Positions 54,253 to 64,000 of a stretch of DNA of 64,000 nucleotides are shown piece after piece. Numbering within the stretch: the stretch's first letter is position 1; each line of letters starts with the position of its first letter. Position numbers and translations under genes: made by a program. The notes under the pieces were generated by a model. That model saw only the letters and a program-made list of their open reading frames with translations, was not told the origin of the DNA and searched no databases. This DNA is from the human T2T-CHM13v2.0 reference genome, Homo sapiens. The DNA is taken from assembly GCF_009914755.1 (NCBI RefSeq), contig NC_060926.1. One strand, 5' to 3'.

Positions 54253-54834
54253 ATGGACAACCTGCGCGAGACTTTCCTCAGCCTCGAGGATGGCTTGGGC
54301 TCCTCTGACAGCCCTGGCCTGCTGTCTTCCTGGGACTGGAAGGACAGGGCAGGGCCCTTTGAGCTGAATCAGGCCTCCCCCTCTCAGAGCCTTTCCCCGG
54401 CTCCATCGCTGGAATCCTATTCTTCTTCTCCCTGTCCAGCTGTGGCTGGGCTGCCCTGTGAGCACGGCGGGGCCAGCAGTGGGGGCAGCGATGGCTGCAG
54501 TGTCGGTGGGGCCAGTGGCCTGGTAGAGGTGGACTACAATATGTTAGCTTTCCAGCCCACCTACCTTCAGGGCGGTGGTGGCCCCAAGGCCCAGAAGGGC
54601 ACCAAAGTCAGGATGTCTGTCCAGCGGAGGCGGAAAGCCAGCGAGAGGGAGAAGCTCAGGATGAGGACCTTGGCAGATGCCCTGCACACCCTCCGGAATT
54701 ACCTGCCACCTGTCTACAGCCAGAGAGGCCAGCCTCTCACCAAGATCCAGACACTCAAGTACACCATCAAGTACATCGGGGAACTCACAGACCTCCTCAA
54801 CCGCGGCAGAGAGCCCAGAGCCCAGAGCGCGTGA
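54253..54834 (+). CDS. MSGN1: Mesogenin 1, single-exon bHLH transcription factor, 193 aa
   Basis: [14 protein letters not shown] start in a good Kozak context (GGCATGG); Mesp-family b[61 protein letters not shown]. Confidence 0.97.
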   Translation: MDNLRETFLSLEDGLGSSDSPGLLSSWDWKDRAGPFELNQASPSQSLSPAPSLESYSSSPCPAVAGLPCEHGGASSGGSDGCSVGGASGLVEVDYNMLAFQPTYLQGGGGPKAQKGTKVRMSVQRRRKASEREKLRMRTLADALHTLRNYLPPVYSQRGQPLTKIQTLKYTIKYIGELTDLLNRGREPRAQSA

Positions 54835-55658
54835 GCTCCATCCGGGGAAACTGACCGGTTCCAGCCTCCTGAGCAGGAGTAGAGGAGTTTTGAAGACCTG
54901 GATATCTTATTGAACAATGATCGGCGTAGAGTGATTTTTATGTAGTAAGCCTGATAATCTTGTGATCTGAAAAACCCTAAGGGAATTCACATGTAACCTG
55001 TTGGACCCACCAGAACACTTACCTGCCAGATGAGCAGAGACTTTCACCTCCAGTTTTTTCCACCCATCTGGGAGGCTCATCCTTTGCAAACAGACAGATT
55101 ATTTTGCCCTTCTCTGTCTGTTCAAGGTATTTTAAAGGGTCAGTGATTTTAAATGCATTTTTTTCAATAATGTAAAAGTGTTAATCTCTTGCCATTTTGG
55201 CGTTGAGACCTTTTCTTCTGTTGCTAACAAAACCTGTATTTTGTATAGGATCCAGTGTGATATCTGGATTCTTATTTAGAAAGATTTGTGCCAAGTAAAG
55301 GGCTTTAGTGCTCCTGTTTTCATTTCGTGTGTATATGTGTGTGTGTTTGTGTTTGACTGAAATCATGCTGTTGCAGGGACCAAAATCACTTAAATGCGGA
55401 AGGCACTGGTGTCATGATAAATGGAAAGTCACAGGCAGACAGGCTAAGTTAAGACAGTGAAGATTCCAAAAGCCAGAGCCTCCTCTTCACAGGCAAACAG
55501 CTTGTGTGACAGGGAAGGAGGGTACGGGGAGGAGGAGGAGGAGACAGCACCTCAGGGTGGACCTGAAGCAAGGCTGGGTGGGCAGGGTCTCCCTGTCCTT
55601 TGTTCTGGGCCTGGTATGAACAGGACCTTATTTAGTCCTTTCACTTACCCGTTTGTCA

Positions 55659-55664
55659 AATAAA
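55659..55664 (+). terminator. Candidate MSGN1 poly(A) signal AATAAA
   Basis: First AATAAA I find after the stop codon; followed by a genomic A17. Confidence 0.45.
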
Positions 55665-56112
55665 AAGACAGTCTCAGAAAAAAAAAAAAAAAAAGTGATT
55701 CGAATCCCATAAAGAATAACTAAAAGGGTCAGTGTTAGAACTGAACAATCTCTGACCCCTCCAAAGGCATTTACTTCTTCATCTTCCCCTCCTATCCATC
55801 TGCCTCCCCCCAACTCCAGATCCCCCACATGCACCCATCACACACACACCCACTCTTCATGGTGCCTTGTCTTAGGGTGGGTATCTGTAGCACCCACAGT
55901 TTAGCTCATTTGAATGGCACAGGACATTGAAAAGGGGGCTTTGAATTAAGGAGGTTCTGAAAACTAGTGAGATTTTTTAAGGCTGAATTTTTCTCCCTAT
56001 GGTTATTAACCATTAGTATTTGTTGTACATGTCTCCTATCATCTTTTTTCTATTGGTGATTTTGTTTTCTTTTTAGTGACATAAATTACAAAAGCAGTAG
56101 ATGTGTTCTCTA

Positions 56113-56206
56113 CTTCTCCATTTTTTTTTTGCTGATACAAACATATACAAATATATATAACTTGTCCATTTTTTTTGCTGATACAAACGTATACAAATAA
56201 ATGTAA
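56113..56206. repeat. Tandem duplication of about 48 bp
   Basis: CTT(C/G)TCCA-Tn-GCTGATACAAAC(A/G)TATACAAATA starting at 56113 and 56161. Confidence 0.85.
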
Positions 56207-56952
56207 GCATACATAAATGTTAAAGAAAAAAACCTGAAAATTCCTTTTTTAACTTAACAATATATAGTACAAGTTCTTCCAAGTTAGCACAAATAAATCT
56301 GTGGTGTAAATACCATTATTACCTTCATTTTATAGATGGGGAAACAGATGCATGACTTGCTGAGTCACACATGCAAAAAGTATAACAGAAAGCAGAGGTT
56401 CTAGCAAGGTTCCATAGAACAGATTCTGCAAAATTTCTTAAGCGAGTCACCTTTTCAATGATTTTTAAGTTATTTTCAGGTTTTTTATGACAAAAATGCT
56501 ATAACAAAGGTTATAGACAACTAGCTTTATCTACTGATGTGTTCATTAGCTTGAAAAATTCCCAGAAATGGGATTATTGGATCAGAGTATGCACATTTTA
56601 AATTTTAATAAATAATGTTATGTCACTTCTATAAAAGTTTGTAGTTATGTATACTCCTCCTAGTATTATGTGACAGAACCAGTTGCCCCACATTTTCATT
56701 GGATACTATCAATTTTATGAATTTTTAATGGATAAAAATTGTTCATTGTTGTGTTAATTTTAACTTCCCTGTCTGTCATTTGAGGTGGAGCGTCTTTATT
56801 TTATGTGACCATTGTTCATTTTGGTTCCTCTTCTAAAACTTGCTAGTTTATAAATTTGCCATTTTTCTATTGCTTTATCTTCTTGTTAATTTGAGAGAGT
56901 TCTTTGTATATTATGTACTGGAATATTTCCTTCCAATCTTTTTATATTGTAT

Positions 56953-57620
56953 TCTTTTTTCTTTTTTATTGATGCATAATATTTATTCATATTTATAGGG
57001 TACATTTGATATTTTGTTACATGCATAGAATGTGTAATGGTGTAATGATCTAGTCAGGGTATTTAGGTATTCATCACCTTGAATATTTATCATTTCAGGA
57101 CTATTTCAAGTCCTTGCTTCTAGCTATTTTGAAATATACAATTCATTGTTGTTAATTATAGTCACGCTACTCTGCTATCTAACACTAGAATTTATTTATC
57201 TATCTAACTCTATGCTTATATCCATTAACCAACCTCTCTTTATCCCCTACCCACCCCTCCCGCCACCCACACTCCCTTCCCAGCCTCTGTTTCCTATCAT
57301 TCTACTCTCTTTTTCCTTTCTTTTTTTCACTCTGTTGCCCAGGCTGAAGTGCAGTGGTGCGATGATAGCTCACTGCAGCCTCAAATTCCTGGGCCTAAGC
57401 GATCCTCTTGCCTCAGCCTCCTGAGTAGCTGGAACTATAGGTATGTGCCCCCATGCCTGGCTGATTTTTGTATTTTTTGTAGAGCATGTTGCCCAGGCTA
57501 TCATTCTACTCTCTACCTCCATAAGATCAAGTTTTTTTAGCTCTCACATATGAGTGAGAACGTGCAATATTTATCCTTCTGTGCCTGGCTTATTTTACTT
57601 AACATATTGACCTCCAGCAT
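56953..57620 (-). mobile_element. L1MA 3' end with a nested truncated Alu (57311-57497)
   Basis: Antisense L1MA 3' UTR phrases; the Alu is flanked by 17-bp TSD CTATCATTCTACTCTCT at 57294 and 57498. Confidence 0.85.
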
Positions 57621-57640
57621 ATTTGTTTTGATGATGTCTT

Positions 57641-57933
<293 letters not shown>

Positions 57934-60598
57934 TGATGATGTCTTATGATCTTGATTATGGCATCATTTTTTTTGAAGCTTTTCATTTTTATATGATCAA
58001 ATTTGGTTTTTGTTTCATGGCTTATGTGTTTTTCTCCCTTGCTTAATTTTCCCCAGTTCCAAGGTTGTCCAAGTGTTCTCTTGATGTTTTGTAAATACTC
58101 TTACAGTTTTATTATTTATTTATGGGTCTTCAAAATACCTTTAATTCATTTTTGTCTATAGTGTGTGGAAGGAATCTAATTTTATTTCTGTGTAGCTTGT
58201 CATCAAGGATTGGTGGGTGGTGGTGAGGCACAGTTGCTAAGATGTCATTCTATGTATATAAACTTTCATCAGCTTCTCATATATTTGGTGTTTTAGAGAA
58301 AAAGCTAGAAAACATTGAACAATATGAAGACTTTCTCCAAGGAACTTTATCACATACATGTACAGGTGTTCATGTGAGAGCGTATGTGTGTGCACATATA
58401 TACGTATTTGTTCACCTATGTATGTGTTCATGCATGTGTATGTGTGGGTTGTGTTTTTTGTGTTGGAGAAGGAGGAGGGTATTGGGGTAAGGGAGAACCA
58501 GCTGTTCTAAAAATCAACTTTCGGTTCAAATGCTATTTTCCTCACCGTTTTTAAATGAGTGGGACTCAAATGCTCTTGGCTTTGATTTTTCAAGCTCAAG
58601 TATTAACAATGGTTTATAAATAGCTTGGGCAATTTTGGTTGTCCTGGGCACCAAATACTGTGAATGAATTAGGAGGTATTTCCTGTCCTCAGTTTCAAAA
58701 TATCCCTTAATGTCACAGACTCACCTATTAGCTGGGTATGCCCTCAGGACTTCTAAGGGACCCACTAGAGGGTAGGTGTCTGCAAAACCAGGAGAAGATG
58801 GCAGCTTCCTGGGAGGGGTCCTGTGGCCCAGAGCCTTGTCTCACCCACACCCCCTTCCTAGCCTCTGTTATCTATCATTCTACTCTCTTTTCCCACTGAG
58901 TCCTTCCCAGATTGCCAGGCTGCAGCCACAACTGCTGTACACGATAGGCAGCTGTATATGAGTGTTTGACTCCTGCCAGTCCCCAGTGGAGTCGCCTCCC
59001 TTATCGGGAGGATAGCTGGAATAGGTCCCTCAATCCTCCAGGGAGTGTTTCAAAGCATCTGGCCTGGGCAAAGCTCAAGATTAGGAATAAGTTATTTCTG
59101 GTGCTTGGACAGGGAAAGGGTTGCAGAACCACAGTTCACATATGCCTACTCTGGTCAGTACTTCTACATTTATTATTTCATGTAACTCTCCTAACAACCC
59201 TAGGAGATGGGCATTATTTGTATTTTGAGGACCAGGAAATAAGTTTAGGCCAGTTAAGCTATGCAAAGCCACTTGGTCAGGTAGGGGCACATGTCTAATT
59301 AGTTAGCTAGTGAGTTCAGCTCTAACTCCAAACTTCAGGTTACTTCCCTCAGTCATGTCGCCTTCTTTTCTAGCTCACTCTGATGATGGCCTAGGCAAAG
59401 GGCTTGGCAGTGGGAGAGCATTCTAAACAAATGCTCACTCTTGGAGCCTCTCCACTTTTTCTCTGCTTCCCTACCTCTGGGCCCTCATCTTTCACCATCT
59501 GAAGCATTTCAGAAGGGACTATTTGTCTTGACCTTTAAATTATTTCCCTTTGAACTCCTGCCTCCACCCTGAATATTTTCTTAGAAATTCTCTTCACTTC
59601 CTCTGCTGGCGCCTAGAGTCTTTCTTAATCTGCAGAGGAAATCTGTCTTCTGTTCATTTGTGTTCAGTAAAGTGTTCCACAATTCACACCGGGCTGAGGT
59701 TTTTTTGTTCTGCTTGTAGTTTCTGCCACATTAGCTAATTGGGAGAGAGGCAAGGGAGAGAGGCCAAATCAGGGGTGGAGGGATTCTCTGCAAATTGTCA
59801 AGTCCACAGAATTACCCTTACATTAAAACCGTTGCTTTTTTTAAGCAACAGCAAAATAAGATGGGTAAGCAAATGCACTTGGGCTTCTAAGGTTATTACA
59901 ATGGCTCAGTATGCTAGGTGCCTACACCAGGGTGTCATTAGATTCCTCTGACAATTCCTACACACTCCAGGCTGCAGGAGGAGCCTTGACTCTGTGGGCT
60001 CAGCCCACGCTGGCCAGACAGGAACCAGAGCCTGGTTCACTCCTTTCGCCCTCCTGCTAGGAACCTGAGACAGTCTCTCTCTTGCCAGTAAAACAGTGAA
60101 GCTGAAGCAGTGTCCTTCTTAGAGCAGCCTGGAAGGTCTTGATATTTTGGTCCCAGAGAGACCCTTGAATTCCGAGGAAGAAGAAAGCAGAAAAACTTCT
60201 GAGAAGGCTGGAGAAAAAAGACAATTATTTGTTTGTCTCTTGAGTTTGCCAACTATTGACCTTCTCTCCATTAGTTACGTTCTTCTCCACATGAATGCTA
60301 CTGACTCGTGTTTCTTTTCATTAAATTAAGTGGGGAAGCCTGGCAGGGCTGGAGGTCAGGTCGCTGATGAGATAGAAGTATATTTAGAAAGCACAGCCAT
60401 GGGCTGTTTCCAGTCCAGTAAACAGCAGTGTGGAACTGTCATCTGAGGTGTCAAGGCTCAGTGCCAAGGCCTCTATATGTGTTTTCTGCTTTAATCTTGA
60501 TAGCTAATGCTACACAATAGCTAATATTAGCCCATTTTATAAATAAATAGGCTGAAAGAAAAAAAGTAATTATGCACCCAGGGTCACATAATTGGGTG

Positions 60599-60636
60599 CA
60601 GAGCCCAGAGCCCAGAGCCCAGAGCCCAGAGCCCAG
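60599..60636. repeat. (CAGAGCC)5 heptamer repeat within a MIR-like remnant
   Basis: Five perfect copies plus CAG. Confidence 0.9.
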
Positions 60637-60643
60637 GTCTGCC

Positions 60644-60806
60644 TTTTTTTTTTTTTTTTTTGAGATGGGGTTTCACTCTGTTGCTCAGGCTGGAGTGCAG
60701 TGGTACAATCAAAGCTCACTGCAGCCTCGAACTTTTGGGCTCAAGCAATCCTCCTGCTTCAGTCCCCTGAATAACTGGGACTACAGGCACATGCCAACAT
60801 GCTCGA
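60644..60806 (-). mobile_element. Alu right monomer (FRAM or truncated AluJ)
   Basis: T18 tail and right arm only. Confidence 0.85.
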
Positions 60807-61378
60807 ATAATGCCTGACCCATTTCTTTAACAATACTAAGTCTATGGAACAGAAATGCAGCGGTGAACAAACAACAGAAAAGTTTCTACGTTTGTCTTTC
60901 CCCCGTCTATGCTCTCATCTGAAGAAGCTTTGTATTTGGTGTCCAAACATCTTATTAGGATTTCTATAAATGAGAGCATATTTTACATTGTGATACCCTT
61001 TACACTTTCTTCCCACATGGTATGGAACATGAATATTCTTTCATTCTCTCTGGCTCTGTCTATACTGGGTCTGTCTTTATGTTGGTTTAGAGATTACAAA
61101 GTATTTCCCATATGTTATCCTATTTAATTCTTACCTATACTTCACTATATATGAGGTTAAATGGAGATTGCTATGACCATTTTACAAATGAGATTAAGGT
61201 TTAGCATGACCTAATATCATAACTATTAGAGCTGGCACCAGAATCCAAGTTTTTAAACTTCTAATCAGGTTCCCAAGATTTTCCTGGGAAAACGTAAAAA
61301 TGCTCTAAACTCTGCCCCCAAAGGGATCCTCAAAATGTGCTCCATGATACATTTCTTTTTCTTTCTTTCAAGACAGGG

Positions 61379-62053
<675 letters not shown>

Positions 62054-62200
62054 CAGGGTCTCGCTCTGTCTCCGACTGGAATGCAGTGATGCGATCAAGG
62101 CTCACTGCAGCCTTGGTCTCCTGGGTTCAAGAGGTCCTCCCACCTCAGCCTCCTGAGTAGCTGGGACTACAGGTGCACCAACACGCCTGGTTAATTTTTT

Positions 62201-63150
<950 letters not shown>

Positions 63151-64000
63151 AATTTTTTAATTGTATTTTTGTAGAGATGGGGGTCCCACTATGTTGCTCA
63201 GGCTGGTCTTGAACTCCTGGGCTCAAGCAGTCCTCCCACTTCAGCCTCACAAAGTGCTGTGATTACAAGCGTGGGCCTCTTCTTCAGGGAGGACTTTGCA
63301 TTGAACCTTCCTGAATTTTGAATCTAGTTAGTATGCACAGGTTAAATAATCAACGTCTTCATGTAGTGTAGTGTAGTGGAAATAGAAACCCCTTGAACAG
63401 AATTTTATTCCCCTTCACAATTCAAGAATTTGCATCCCCCAAGAGACCCCTATCTCTACTTTTACTGCATGTTTAATTTACTTCCTAAAAGAGAAAGTGA
63501 TACTATTTAAATAATTTAAGTTCCAAGGATATTAGCCAACATCAAAAGACCTGATATGTTCTGTGGAGTGCTGAGAGACAGGCAATGGGCTGAGGACCCA
63601 ATCACTGCAACAAAGAATAAAGAAACATGATGATGGTAGGAGCTGCAAGACCAGAAAAGGGGGACAGGGAAGAAAATTGAGTCACATCTCAGCCTTGACT
63701 CTTCCAGTGCGCCTGGCATGGTGCTGTGCTGGATAAAGAGTTGCAGAGATGAGATGCTCACAGCCAAATGAGGGAGACACAGGCAAAGACATGACAGGAA
63801 CCAATGCTCCCTGCAGGACTCAGGGAAAGCCTCACACAGAAGGAGGCTCTCGAAGTTGTCCTCTGGGCACCTGAGGGAGCCAAGGGCATCCTCAGCTGAG
63901 GAAACTGCACTTGCAAGAGTGTGCAGGTCCAAAAAGGTTCCAGGGCTTGGGGCATCACATGGGCTGGTTTGGCTGGCACAGAGTGAGTTTGGAGGAGCAG

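Noticed and set aside
54043-54465. 140-aa antisense ORF over MSGN1
   Set aside because: GC-rich shadow frame with no recognisable domain
54253-55694. MSGN1 as a recent retrocopy (intronless plus A-tract)
   Set aside because: MSGN1 is an old vertebrate gene with its own promoter; no flanking TSD seen
60599-60636. (CAGAGCC)n matching the MSGN1 3' coding end (EPRAQS)
   Set aside because: Explained by slippage of a CAGAGCC native to the surrounding MIR-like sequence; no further similarity to MSGN1

Overview
Human-type genomic DNA (Alu/L1PA-rich), recognisable as the GEN1-MSGN1 locus (2p24 from memory). The + strand carries the last 11 coding exons of GEN1, the Holliday-junction resolvase (2626-19672). 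All junctions are GT-AG, the phases chain correctly, and the exons total 2379 nt = 792 aa + stop, i.e. residues 117-908. A repeat-laden 3' UTR region and about 34 kb of intergenic DNA follow, then the single-exon bHLH gene MSGN1 (54253-54834, 193 aa) with TCF/LEF, T-box, RBPJ and TATA-like motifs upstream. The rest is Alu, L1, MIR, hAT and LTR remnants, many with clear target-site duplications (TSDs). I see no new multi-gene system, CRISPR array or RNA gene. Best leads: (1) a candidate poison exon in GEN1 intron 6; (2) a Cys/His-rich putative metal-binding insert in GEN1; (3) phase-compatible acceptors allowing a hypothetical in-frame GEN1-MSGN1 read-through; (4) a 313-nt palindromic purine/pyrimidine array and inverted Alus around GEN1 exon 12; (5) short templated-insertion-like duplications; (6) a five-element nested transposon stack. 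Exon numbers and repeat subfamily names are from memory, not from a search.
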